Positions 1 through 12,600 of a DNA stretch of 64,000 bases are shown one piece after another. The DNA is from Paraspadella gotoi (lineage: Eukaryota > Animalia > Chaetognatha), in NCBI GenBank assembly GCA_051294375.1, contig CM119266.1, positions 13,038,924 through 13,102,923 of the forward strand. The letters run 5' to 3'. The notes below the pieces were generated by a model that searched no databases, was not told the DNA's origin, and worked only from the letters and a program-made list of their open reading frames with translations. Position numbers and translations under genes: made by a program. Within the stretch, counting starts at the first letter, position 1. Each line of letters opens with the position of its first letter.

Positions 1-2371
1 AGTCCGGAGAAACGCGTCCCAAGATGTTCGCCTCGACGCTTTCGTCGACAACCCCGAACAAAAAAGTCCTTCTCTTCCCCTTTCCATCGCCAACGGAGAA
101 TATTTCTGTCAAAGTTTTCTCAACTCATTGGCGAAGACATGAAATATTCATTCGTCGGATTGGGAGGGAAGGGCGGGGGGAAGAGTCGACTGGGGGAGGG
201 AAGAATAGTGGGAAGGGATAAAAATAACAAGGAGAAAACTGAACCGGCAGAGGGCGGTAGAGGATTGAAAAAAATTCTAGAAGGGGGGGAAAAAAAATCT
301 GGGAAAGAGAGGAAAAAAAATAAAATCCGGTCCAAAAAATAACCCCCAAAAAACTGGAGAGGAAAAAAAAAGACCAATAAGCGAATTGCCGATTGCACAA
401 ATATCGTGGTTGACGTTGATTGCTCTGGATTTCTGGTTTTAGGTGGTGGGGGAATCAAATCGTGGGGNNNNNNNNNNNNNNNNNNNNNNNNNNNNNNNNN
501 NNNNNNNNNNNNNNNNNNNNNNNNNNNNNNNNNNNNNNNNNNNNNNNNNNNNNNNNNNNNNNNNNNNNNNNNNNNNNNNNNNNNNNNNNNNNNNNNNNNN
601 NNNNNNNNNNNNNNNNNNNNNNNNNNNNNNNNNNNNNNNNNNNNNNNNNNNNNNNNNNNNNNNNNNNNNNNNNNNNNNNNNNNNNNNNNNNNNNNNNNNN
701 NNNNNNNNNNNNNNNNNNNNNNNNNNNNNNNNNNNNGACGGGTTTTGGAAAATGACGAGTATAAAAGATTTTTTAAGCCACTGCGTTAAAAGGAGCCAAG
801 AGTGAGTTAGATGCGACGACAATTATATTTATATTTGAAATAATCGGAATTTATCTAAGTTTATTAATAACTTTTTGAATTACTTTAGAAAAATGAAATC
901 AAAGAAACAGTATGCTTAAAATGTCTCTGAGAAGACGCGTGGCCGCATATTTAAAGATTCGGCGAGACGAGAGAAATCGAGCAATAAAGCAACTCCGGAA
1001 GAGAGATACACGCCGCCGCAAACCAATGACGGGGAAAAAAGCTCAAACTGACAACCAGAGCCCAAGCGAAAAAATGGCCGAAAAANNNNNNNNNNNNNNN
1101 NNNNNNNNNNNNNNNNNNNNNNNNNNNNNNNNNNNNNNNNNNNNNNNNNNNNNNNNNNNNNNNNNNNNNNNNNNNNNNNNNNNNNNNNNNNNNNNNNNNN
1201 NNNNNNNNNNNNNNNNNNNNNNNNNNNNNNNNNNNNNNNNNNNNNNNNNNNNNNNNNNNNNNNNNNNNNNNNNNNNNNNNNNNNNNNNNNNNNNNNNNNN
1301 NNNNNNNNNNNNNNNNNNNNNNNNNNNNNNNNNNNNNNNNNNNNNNNNNNNNNNNNNNNNNNNNNNNNNNNNNNNNNNNNNNNNNNNNNNNNNNNNNNNN
1401 NNNNNNNNNNNNNNNNNNNNNNNNNNNNNNNNNNNNNNNNNNNNNNNNNNNNNNNNNNNNNNNNNNNNNNNNNNNNNNNNNNNNNNNNNNNNNNNNNNNN
1501 NNNNNNNNNNNNNNNNNNNNNNNNNNNNNNNNNNNNNNNNNNNNNNNNNNNNNNNNNNNNNNNNNNNNNNNNNNNNNNNNNNNNNNNNNNNNNNNNNNNN
1601 NNNNNNNNNNNNNNNNNNNNNNNNNNNNNNNNNNNNNNNNNNNNNNNNTTTCTCTCTCTCTCCTCCTCGCTCCACGTCTCGTCTCTTCTTCTCTCTCTCT
1701 TTCTCTCTTTCTCTCTTCTCTCTCTCTCGTCTCTCTCTCTCTCTCTTCTCCCTTACTTGCCTCACGCTTCGCTCTCCTGAGTCCCTAGGATTTTTATGAC
1801 GAACGACCCATAAACGGAATCGTTTCGTGCTAAAGGCTGCTCGGTCGCGCTCCGTCGTCCCAGACCGATCCGCGGCCGCCCGAGGTTAAAATTTACGGCG
1901 CCGATACCAGATGACCGAAAGAGAGAAAAGATAAAAAAGTTGACCGGAAGATACTGAGAGGTCCGGCCAGAGGTTCGGCCAGAGGTCTGCTCGATGTGGT
2001 GGAAGCGAGGACCGATAAAACGAACTCGATTTAAGCCAACGCGACAAACAAACGGTCCGGACGCGCGCCGGGTCCTTGACCGGCGCCGCGTGGCACCCAT
2101 AGAAGGCCGAGTCGGCCGGACGTGGATGGGCGCCGGAGCTTTTGACGGATTTCCCGGTTCCGAGAGAAAAAAAAGGGTCTTCTGTTCTTTCTGGACAGAA
2201 TATTTGGCCATCATCGTTCTTGGTCCGAATTCTCTCTCTCTCTCTCTCTCCTCTCTCTCTCCTCCTCTCTCTCTCTCTCTCTCTCTCTTGAAAGCGTGGA
2301 CTCGGTCGTATATTTCGTCCTCAATCAGCTTTTATGCTCGTTGCGGTGGAGCGACGGAGATTTTCGCGTCG

Positions 2372-2403
<32 letters not shown>

Positions 2404-2760
2404 CAGCGCCGTCGGCGCCGCCGCTTGTTTGTGTGTCTCTTTTTCGAAAGAGAAATTCGAACGTTGTTTTATGCCTCCGTTGGGAACTTGGTTCTCTTTT
2501 TTGCCTCCTCAGTTCGTTTTCGTCGTCGTCGTCGTTGTTTTTCGAGAGATAAATTGAAACTGTCATCGTCATTCTCATCCCGAAGAAACTCGACAACTTA
2601 TTTTTTTTTTTCAACTCCACTTATTTACAGATGTCTCTCCAGATAATTAAAGGCTTAGCAGATCTCTTTTCAAAGGTTTTTTTTTTTTAAAGCTCAGATT
2701 TGCTCAGTGAAGAGAAAAGTTTATAAGAATCGACGTCGTCTTGACTGTGACGTCATTGGG

Positions 2761-2795
<35 letters not shown>

Positions 2796-3251
2796 TCGTC
2801 GTCTGAGGCGATGTCGTAGTTTCATGTTCGTTTTAGAGAAAAAAAATCTCAAAACAAAAAAAAAGGAACTTTGATTAATTCGTTAGGATAGTAAAAGGAG
2901 AGATTTAGTAGGAAGGTGGGAAGAAAAGGGAATAGGGGGCAAGGGATGCTGGGGGAAATAGAAGATATAACGAGAAGAGAGGTTGTAGGGATGGAGAAGA
3001 GAGGGGAGAGAGAGAAGAAAAGAGAGAGATGGCAGAACAGAGAAAAAGGAACGGGTGCTATGCCAATCGAGGCGTTTTGGAGTTAATGAGAAGCAGGTTG
3101 GAAAAAAAAATTAAAGAAGAAAAAAAAAAGAAAAAAAAAAGGTTGGGAATCCTGTAGGCTGAGGAATGGAAAGCGAAAAGAACTAGATTGAGGGAGGGTT
3201 GGAAAAAAAAGTATGAATGGCACGGAATGAATGGATGGAGACGAGAGCGAA

Positions 3252-3286
3252 AAAAGAAAGAAAGAAAGAAAGGAAGAAAGAAAGAG

Positions 3287-3337
<51 letters not shown>
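3252..3337 (+). repeat. (GAAA)n microsatellite
   Basis: Directly visible tetranucleotide array. Confidence 0.9.
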
Positions 3338-4666
3338 ATGAAAAAAGACAGAAAGTATAAATAGAAAAAGAAAGAAAGGGAGAGCGAGCGATATATGCAA
3401 ACTCGATTCTTTCTCTCCTTTCTCAGTTCCTTTATTCCCGCCTCTCCTCCCTATTCTCCCTTCCAAGGGCCCGACTCCCCAACGCCTCCCTGCCCGACAG
3501 AGAACCAAGACCAGAAGCGTCGGGCGATTCCCCCGCTCCCTCGTAGAAAAAAAAAAAAAAAAAAACCGAATAAAAAGAAATCAAGACCCCGTCTATAAAA
3601 AACATGGAAAAAAACATAAACACTCCCTCAGAAGAAAATTATGGCGAAAAAATCGAGCCGAAATTCCCCATCGCGCGACGAGAGAGAAGAATAAAACATC
3701 ATGACCCGATGATAAAGACGACGACGATGACGACGACGACGAAAAAACGTCGAAACGATTATCAGAGCCATCGTTTTTAATGATAAAACATTCGGTTAAC
3801 AAAATAGAGCGGGGTCGTTGTTGTTGTTGTCGTCGTCGCTTGTTGCTCCAAGCACGCGACCTCAATTATCGCGCGTTACGACGACTGAAAATTATGTGCC
3901 AGTCGAGAAAGAGAGAAGCAAAACAAAGCAGAGAGCAGAGACCCGGCGGGAGAGAGAAAAGAGAGAGATAGAGAGAGAGAGGAAGAAGAGAGAGAAGAGA
4001 GAGAGAAGAGAGAGAGAGAGACGAGAGAGGAGAGATGAGAGAAGAGAGAGAGAGTCGCGAACCGGTGAAAGGGAAAAGAAGAAATTTCCTAGAAATGGAA
4101 AAGTCTGCTTTTGAATGAAAGTTTGAAACTGTGAATAATTGCGACCGAGAAAAATAAGGGGAAAAAAGCGAGGCGGCTCCGGAGGCGTGACGTTTTGGCG
4201 GACGGCGGCCGTGGCGGTGGCGGCGGCGGGGGGGTGGACGAACGACGAACCGACCAACGAAATGGCGGAAAAAACCTGGAATAATTTTTTCTTTAGGTTT
4301 TCGATTTTTTTTTCTTTTTTTTAAAAAGCGAAACAGGTGGAGCGCAACAAGGCGAAAAATGGAGGAACTGTTTGCGTCTATTTTTGACGCTCGACGAAAT
4401 GAACGATGTTTCTCTTTTTTTTTCGGTTTTTAGCTTTTTTTTTTTGTTCGCGGGAAAAATGGTTGATGCAGTAAGGATTTTTTTTTTTTTATCGAAACGA
4501 GCAAACATTTTTTTTGGAGAAAAATATACTAAGGTTCAAAGACATCATTTATCATCTTCTTACACCACAAAAGTACGACTTTGTTAGATAGTTAAGAAAT
4601 TTTTTTTCAAATCTTTTCATTCATTTATTTTTAAAAATGACTAATTTATTATTCATCCAAACTCAC

Positions 4667-5321
4667 CTTCCAACTCGACGACCTTCCCCGCTTTCTTCAA
4701 GGCGCGGACGGCCTCGTCGTGAGTGGCGTCCCTCAGATCCTCCGCGTTGACGGAGAGGATGGCGTCGCCGACGTAGAGTTTCTCCGTCAAGTCGGCCGCC
4801 ATCCCCTTGAAGATCTTGGAGATGAGGATGGGCATCTTGTTCTCTTTCCCGCCTTTGATGGAAATGCCGAGGCCGTTGGCGTCTTGCTTCACCACGCGGA
4901 CGACTCGCTTCTGTCCGGCCAGATTCTCCGGCACCAGCGGATAGGCGCCGGAAGCGACGGAGGCGGCGTCGGCGGCCGAGTTGGCGGCGTCGCCGGCGTC
5001 GGGCGGCGGCGAGGCGGAGGAGGCGGTGATGGCGGTGGTGGAGACGCCGGGCCCGCCGCCGTTGGAGACGGAGCCGGAGGAGGTGGGGTGGTGGTGATGG
5101 TGCTGGGGTAATCCATTGGGGGCGTTCGAGGGGGTGTCGGGGGCGAGGGAGAGGGGCGTGGCGGCGGCGGAGGCGCCGTCAGGGTCCGGAAGAAGGGTAA
5201 GGGTGAGACTCTCGTCCTGCAGCTGCACCAAAACCCGGTGCCAGCGACCGCGGACGAAGACTTCCAGTTCTCCGGACTTAAGGAGCCCGAGGCTCGAATC
5301 TGCGACTCGGCTCGCCGCCAT
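4667..5321 (-). CDS. Syn1: Alpha/beta-type syntrophin, first coding exon (split PH1a + PDZ domain); the gene continues leftward through a large intron
   Basis: ATG at 5321 gives [34 protein letters not shown] (PH1a), then [55 protein letters not shown]...[20 protein letters not shown], the syntrophin PDZ signature. The exon ends at a G|GTGAGT donor (4667/4666). An upstream acceptor caatcAG|G lies at 5379/5378. No downstream exons were recognised in the window. Confidence 0.93.
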
Positions 5322-6066
5322 CTTGGATTGTGTTGTGATGGAGGGATGGGGAAAGTCACGTGAGAAGAAGGAAGACACCTGATTGGTTGCGACGGTTTTT
5401 GGGGGATTTAGACGGGATTTAAAGGATTAAGGGGAAAATGCCGAAAGAATAAGTAGCGGAATCTCCTTCGCTTTTTCATTTAATAGGAATATCTTAGGAA
5501 AGGTCCAGCTTCAGCCCAGGATTCCCGAAAAACCTTTGCAAACTAGTTTAAGGGGTTTCCCACAGAGCGCGCTGCACGGCGGAGGTGAAACTCGTTTTTT
5601 TAAAACAAAAGATTCATCATTGAAAACTTGTTGAGGACGTGATTAGTTTGGGGTAAGCACTTTTTCGCGATGTAATTTAATAGTTTTAAAATTAGTATTG
5701 CTTATTAAAAGCATTTTTTTCAATAATCATGACAGCTTTAAACCAAAATAATTAGTCATTTATTTGGTTACTGCCCTTCTTATTCGATGGAATAGTAGAA
5801 GACAGGTTCTACGTGATTTTTATCACTCGTCGCCAGGGAAACCGGCGAAGCTGCGGTCGCGGAGATGATTGACCTTTAATTTACTATTATACGGGTTTTA
5901 TTCTTATTTCAATGAATGAAATGAACAGGAGCACAGTTCGCCTCGTCGCCTTTTTTTTATTAGAGGAGTGAAATTGAAAATGAGACGTAATACGTCTTAA
6001 CAAAACATTTCGTAAACCTGACATCAACTTAATAAAATATATTATTGAAAAAATTAAAAACGAAAA

Positions 6067-9000
6067 ATGTCGCACTTGATTGGTGAAAGGCCGCTTAATC
6101 ATATCAGCCCGATCTTGAAGAGACGTTCGGCCGGGTCTTCGCCCGCAGTGAGCCGCTCGAGAGTTTCCTTCAGACTTCCGCCTCGGAAAACGTGGAAAGT
6201 GACGTCGACGACGCCGATGACGCAAGAGACGCCGGAAAACCTCTTCGTCAACATTCCGCTAAAGGGCGTCGCGCTTCCGCGGCGAGAATCGAAAAAAACT
6301 TTGCTCAAACGCCACGAAGATTTCGGAGCTCAGCCGCGATTTGAAGATTACAACTGTGAAAACGACGATGTACTGATTATAAAAGGTTGATGTTGTTGTT
6401 GAAGTTAAATTGATGTTGAAAAAAATTTTTTTTCAATCGTCATTCAAAATTTCAGATCCAGAAGCTAAAAAGAATCCTGCCACGAAAGCTCAACTCGTGA
6501 CGAAAAGACTTCCGCCTTCCCCCTGGCGTCAAAAACCTCGCGAAGAATCGTTTTCGAGAGTCAAGAGGTCAGTTTCTTAGACATATATACTCGCTAGTAT
6601 GTATTATATATTCATCAAGATGCGGACGGAACTCGCTGTATCTAATTTTCATTTAGATACTCGCACAATCCTGTTGTGGTTTTGAGTTGGGGCGACGAGA
6701 CAGGAGGCAAAAAACTGTTTCGTTCCATCACACGGAGAACGTCGGAGGTGAAGAACTTTAACCGATGTTATAATGTTATAATTTATTGAAATTAGATATT
6801 TTTATTACAGATAAATGAATCTGCTTCTCCGGGAAAATCTCTTAGGTAGGGTGGCATTATTTCAATGTCGTTTTAAAACTAAAGATGTTTTGTGTCATTG
6901 CCTTAAAAAATCTTTTCTATCATATCGCAGTAATTTTAACGCTATCCAAAGAGTAAAGACTCCTCCATCGAGCCTTTCTTCTTCGCCTCCGAAACCCAAA
7001 CCTCACCCTTTGATCGGAAGTCGTCTTTCGTCGCCGCATCGCAAATCGGGACAAGAAAGGTCGTCGACTGAAGCCAGCTCGAAGGAAAATGCCCCAGCCT
7101 CTCGCTTTGAAACCAAATCTAAATCCCCGCCAATCAAGATCGTATCATCGGATCCAATATCCTTGACTCTTTCGCCGACGCCCTTCCAAAATCCACCTCC
7201 ATCTCCAATAGACGATTCAGTCTTTCCGAAACCCACCCCTTCCCCGCCACCCCGTCTGCCTCCTTACCTTCGATCCATCGCCCCGCCTCCAGAGGCCCTG
7301 CTTCCTCGGCTGCGAACCACTCAATGCCCGCCATCTCAAAACCCTCATCACCCCAGGCAATCTCAACACTTCTCCCCCATCGAAATGGAACATCATTTGT
7401 CCAGTTCCCTCGAAGGGCTGCGACTTTTCGGCGCTGCGTTAAAGATCGCCAAATCCGGGTCGGCGTCATCCACGAGTGGCTCGTCGACGCGGAATTTCGC
7501 CCACGAGCGGCGACAAAAACTGGCGAAACCCACACCTTTGACGAGGACAAAGACAACAACGATGGCGAATGAGAAACCGATCGAATCTCTGTTGAGCAAT
7601 TGGAAGGAATTTTCATCTCTGTCGAAATCCGAAGACTATCGCGTACAATTCGTCCGATGTGGTAAATGATGTCTGAGTTTAAACTTCATTGTTTATTTTC
7701 GTTTTTAATAAGGGTTAAAATTGTATAATTTTTCAGTGAACTGGTTAATTTAGTATGGTAATGCTAAAAAATGTTATTTGTTAAGTTTTTAAAGATTGGC
7801 GTTCAGCCTTCTTTAATTCTTTTCATTTTCTCGCCCCACTCTTTCCCGCTCTTTTTGACGTAATCAACCACTCTCTCCAATTTCCATTATTCTCCACCTC
7901 CCCAACCCACTCCACAGCCCCACTCCCCTTTGACGATCCCCTCGACGTCGCCCGCGCCGACTCTCTCGTCCTCCGTCTCGTCTTTCAAATCCTGGCGCCG
8001 TCCTCCCTTCCCGCTGTGCAGTCCTGGCTGCGCGGCGCCACGCTACGCGCCAAACTCGGCGCCATCGACGACCTCTTCCGACTCGTGTACGGAGGCGAAG
8101 CGAACGAAGCGGCTACGCTGGAGACGTCGAGGGGTGTCGACGAGGCGCTGCGGAGGATGCTAGGAAGCGAACGAAAAAAGAGCGGTATAGTTTGTTTACA
8201 GTCGCGTCTGTTCGTTTGTCATGTCATTATTTCGAATCATTCACTGATAGAGAGAGAGAGAGACGTTATTGGATCTAAATTAAATTGTTTTATGTCTTAC
8301 GATCTTATGAAACCGCAATTGGGTACCTGAAAACAGACTCCGTAATTATCTGTGGCGCTTTCAACTAAATTGTTGCATGTGCTCGATATTTTTACATGAT
8401 TAATAAAAGGATGATATTCACTAAAGTTCCGGGGTCGTTGATCTCTCAGCCGGATCAACTGAGGATTAAAAAAGACTGGTTCGAGTTCCTACACATCGAC
8501 CTACAAAAGCTTGTCGTTCCGGTTCGACAAGATTCTCCTGTAAAAAAACGGTGAGTCCCGTAAATGACATGAAATCCATGAACATACATACAACTCACAT
8601 ATTTTTTGGGAAAATATTGCGGGGATTCTCTATTTGGGACCAGGATGTTTCTTGGAACACTCCCTACCGACGTGACCCTTTGCTTTTTGAACACTGTGCC
8701 AGCCTGGGCCTTGGAGAGAGCTCTCTCAAAGATACTGACCGTTTCTGGATATATCAGTTTGAAAGCAAATTGCCAACGTGGTCGCCTTGGTAACGACAGT
8801 CGCCGACCTTATTCTTGTCGCCGATTAATAATTGCGAACTTTTACGAATCCGCGGCGCCGATTGTCAACCGAGCAATACTCATCGCTTCTCTTGTGATTG
8901 TCGTTGTCCTGACGAGATACTATTATATAAGTTTTTAGCATCTTCATTAACGAAAGTCGATTCTTCCAATCGTTCCAAATTGAGACTAGAATTATTAATT

Positions 9001-9283
9001 AAGTTGATATTTATTTAGTTCAGAATACAAGCGATTGATTGTTTATTCACTTGTAACGTAAAAAACCGAAAAGGGGAAATTTTTTTCAATAATTTATTCA
9101 TGAGGGATTCTTTTGTTTTACCTGAAAAAAAAAAAAGTGACAATAAACTTTTTTAAATTTAGCGTTGTTGTCCGTAAAATTGCCACCGTGGAAGATTGCA
9201 ATGACGATCAAACGAGAAGAAATATTGTGTCCACCATCTTCGCCGGAGAATCTCCCATTATAAAAAAGACCCGCGAAGAATGA
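6067..9283 (+). CDS. Multi-exon gene, about 599 aa, Pro/Ser-rich, with a TBATA/SPATIAL-like C-terminal helical motif
   Basis: Phase-consistent GT-AG model: 6067-6385, 6456-6567, 6657-6747, 6811-6845, 6931-7661, 7918-8184, 8427-8550, 9163-9283 (1800 nt, ends TGA). AATAAA signals follow at about 9338-9419. Exon 6 encodes DSLVLRLVFQILAPSSLPAVQSWLRGATLRAK, which resembles the TBATA motif as I recall it. Confidence 0.72.
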
Positions 9284-9620
9284 AAGCTCGAGCCACTTTT
9301 AAGACTGAAGAACAATAGGTAATTGTCTAGCTTTGTAATAAATACTCTCTGAATTGTTTAACAAATAAAAAAGTTTTCGTAATCTTTGGTAATCAACAGT
9401 TTTATTTCGGGCAATAAATCAAAGGGCTTTCAAAAAAAAAAAGACAGTCAGCCAATGAAATTAAATTAAAATTGACAAGGACTCATCCAACCCCTATTAT
9501 TATTTTTGACTGGCAAAAAAATACAACGACACGCCTAACTAGCTTTATCTTCTATTTATCGAACATCATCCGATCGAAAATCCGCAACAACCGCAGCAGC
9601 CGCTACAAACGCAGAAGCCG

Positions 9621-12600
9621 CTATAACCGCTGCAGCATCGCGCCCAACCCAGAATTCGAGTTCGAGTTTCCCTCGTCTCCTCCTCCCACGTATTCCTCCC
9701 TTTCCTCCACAGCCTCCTCCTCCTCCTCCTCATCTTCCTCCGAACTCCTTTCCTCCATTTCCTTTCCTCCTTCCTCCATCTTCTTCTTCAACGCGGCCTC
9801 TCTCTCCTTCTGCCTCCGATATCGCTCTCTCCTTTTGCGATTGTCCTCCAGCCTCTTCTCTTCTCTCCTCTCTTCTTCCAGCTCCTCGTCCAACTCCTCC
9901 CTCTCCTTCTCCCTCTTTGCCCTCTCATTCTCGTTCTTGGCTTTGATGACCCAGTATCGCTCCCGCCTTTTCCGGTTGTAAGCTAGACGCTCTTCCTCCG
10001 TCATCAACTTTTTCCTCTTCTCCATCCCGCCGCTACCGCCGGGCGGCGACAGCGGCTGGGAATCCCTGCGCTGCAGCGGCGGCGAAGAAGGCGGAAGCTC
10101 TTCGCCGAGATGGTGAGCGAGCATGTGCTGCTCCAGAGACGGCTTGTCGTAGCAGTAGAAGCGACAGTTGTCGTAAGGGCAGTTCAGACGCAGGTAGGAC
10201 TCGGTGAGGCGCGCGTGCTCCTGGTGACGATGCTCGTCGAGCTGGTCTAGCGTCTTTGTCGTGAAGGGGCAGGTGGGAACGGGGCAGACGAGGTTCGGTT
10301 CGGTGTTCACTCGAGCGTAGATGTTGCGTTTCGGTCCTCGACCTTTAATGGAAAAATAAAATATAGACCGGTGGTAAGTCGCCTCAATATTAATAAATAA
10401 ATAATTGATTAAATAAATAAGTAAATTAAATAAATAAATAAATAAATAAATAAAGAAATCTACAGTAAGTCCTATTTTAAATTTGAACTTTATAAGAGAA
10501 AATCCAAATTTGCACATCGCAGTAAGTGTCATTGCAACTGTAAACTGAGACAAAATAAGCTTCTAAAAGTAAAAACTATTATACTATTATATTATCTCAC
10601 CATCGTCGCCAAATTCGTCATCATCGTCGTCGCATTCATCGTAGTCGACGTCATCGTCCTCTAACAAGAGAACATCGGAATCATCATGTATTTCGCGATG
10701 CTTGACGAGATCTTCCTTGGAGGATGATTCGAAGCTACACTTGTTCACAGGGCATCGGTGAACTCCTTTGGTGGTGACGATCTCTTCGATCGTCTGTTTC
10801 AAGGCTTCTGCAACCGGAGGAGATTTAACGAAAAGGTAAGAGATATCGACAAAGAAGAACACGACTTATACGAAAACACAAAAAAGATTTGGACTCACCG
10901 CTCGCGTCGGGCACGCCCTTGACGGGCTCGTAAGAAGGCAGTTCCCCCGCTTCCTTCATGAGGCGCCACTTCTCCTTGGCCATGTCCTTTTTGTGTTTCC
11001 AATCGTAGTGACGCTCCATATTCTCGACGTTGTACTCGTAGTGATTGCAAGGCTCGAATCGACACTGTATTCGCAGGGATTCCTCGAAGCTAGACTTTTG
11101 ACGGAGGCATACATCCTGAGAAAAAAGATAATTGATAGCTAATTGAAATTAGTGGTACAGCACGGGTTTCTACTTCATACTTTTAAATTCGTTCAAACTA
11201 TTTCAAGATCAGTGCGAACGCCAATATAAAAAGTTTTTCTCCATATTCGTCAATCCAATTTTACAAAACTAAATCTTCTTATTTTTCATTCATAAATAGA
11301 GTCAATTTTATTCGTCAAACAATATCGTAAAAAAGGACGCGTCTCAATCACCTTGGCCTCAAGATCAGATAGAGCCACAACTCACCCTGGCCTTGAGATG
11401 AAACTTGGCCTGCGCTTCGCTCAGATCGAGAAGGTCGTGTTCGCCATCATCCGCATCCTCCTCCCTCTCGATGATCATCCTCCTCAAGTCCTCCATCCTC
11501 GTGTCCACATCTTCGTCATCACTCGTGATCTCCCTCGTCCGCCGTTTGGCCTTTTGGGCGGCGGGCTTGTCGTGGACCTCGATCACGTGCTGCTCCACAT
11601 CCGCTTCCTCGTAGGCGACGAACTTGCAGCTAGGGTAGATGCAGCAGAGCTGCGAGGCGGCACGTCGCTCCAACGCTTCCATTTCCGCCGCTTCTCGCTC
11701 CAGCGCCGCCGCGGCTTCCGCCGCCGCTTGAGCCTCGGTCCGCCTCTTCTTCTCCCGCTCCACCTCCTCCGCCCGCTCCCGCAGCCGGGCCAGGAAATCT
11801 TCGGTCTCGTCGGGCAGGCACTCGTGTGCGCTCCGGTAGTGGCCATCGAGAGTTTTCTGGTCGTAGGCGAAGTAGTTACACTCCGGTTTGAACGGATGTT
11901 GACAAGCCAACCGGAGTGACGCTTCCGTTAACTTGGGCTAAATAAGAGCAGAGGAGGGAGCGAAGGAAAAATGTAATTGTATGAATATTGTATGACTATT
12001 TTCGTTTAAAAACATATTGATGGCTTTATTCAAGCATTTAATTAAATTTTAAATAAGAAAACAACTTTCATTAAACATTTTATTTACGTTATATTACAAT
12101 ACATCCTATCTTTTTCACCTGTACGTCTTTCCCCTTTTTATGCCCTTTCACGTGTTCGTCAAGCTCCAAGTCCGAAATAGTCACGTACAAGCATTGCGGA
12201 CATTTGTGCAAAGTATACGACTCTGAACTTTTGCTCGGGTCCACGAACTGCTCTTGAAAGTCGATCGGGCCGAGGCTGAGCATGTGATGTTTCGACAGGT
12301 GGCGATATAGAATATTTTGGGAAAAAGAGATAAAGCTGCAGCCTTTGATTCTGCAATCGATGTAGATCTCTTGGTCTTCGTCGACGGGGTCGCTGGTAAC
12401 GTTGGTGACTTCCGGTTCCGGTGCTGGTGGAGGAGCGGGATTTGAGGCCACGAGTTCCTAATTGCAAAAATTATGTATTCAAAATTTAAAAAATAAAAAC
12501 ATTTTATGCAAAAAAAATACAAATATTTGTTTAATTAAATTATTAAAAAAGAGCAACAACAACAAAATAAACAACTAACAAAAACAAAAACAACAACTTT

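Noticed and set aside
406-1799. ORFs spanning N runs (also 23613-24968, 52600-53495, 56705-57797, 62562-63058)
   Set aside because: These ORFs are open only because Ns lack stop codons.
8645-8789. Extra exon in the TBATA-like gene
   Set aside because: The candidate acceptor and donor phases do not fit between exons 8427-8550 and 9163-9283.
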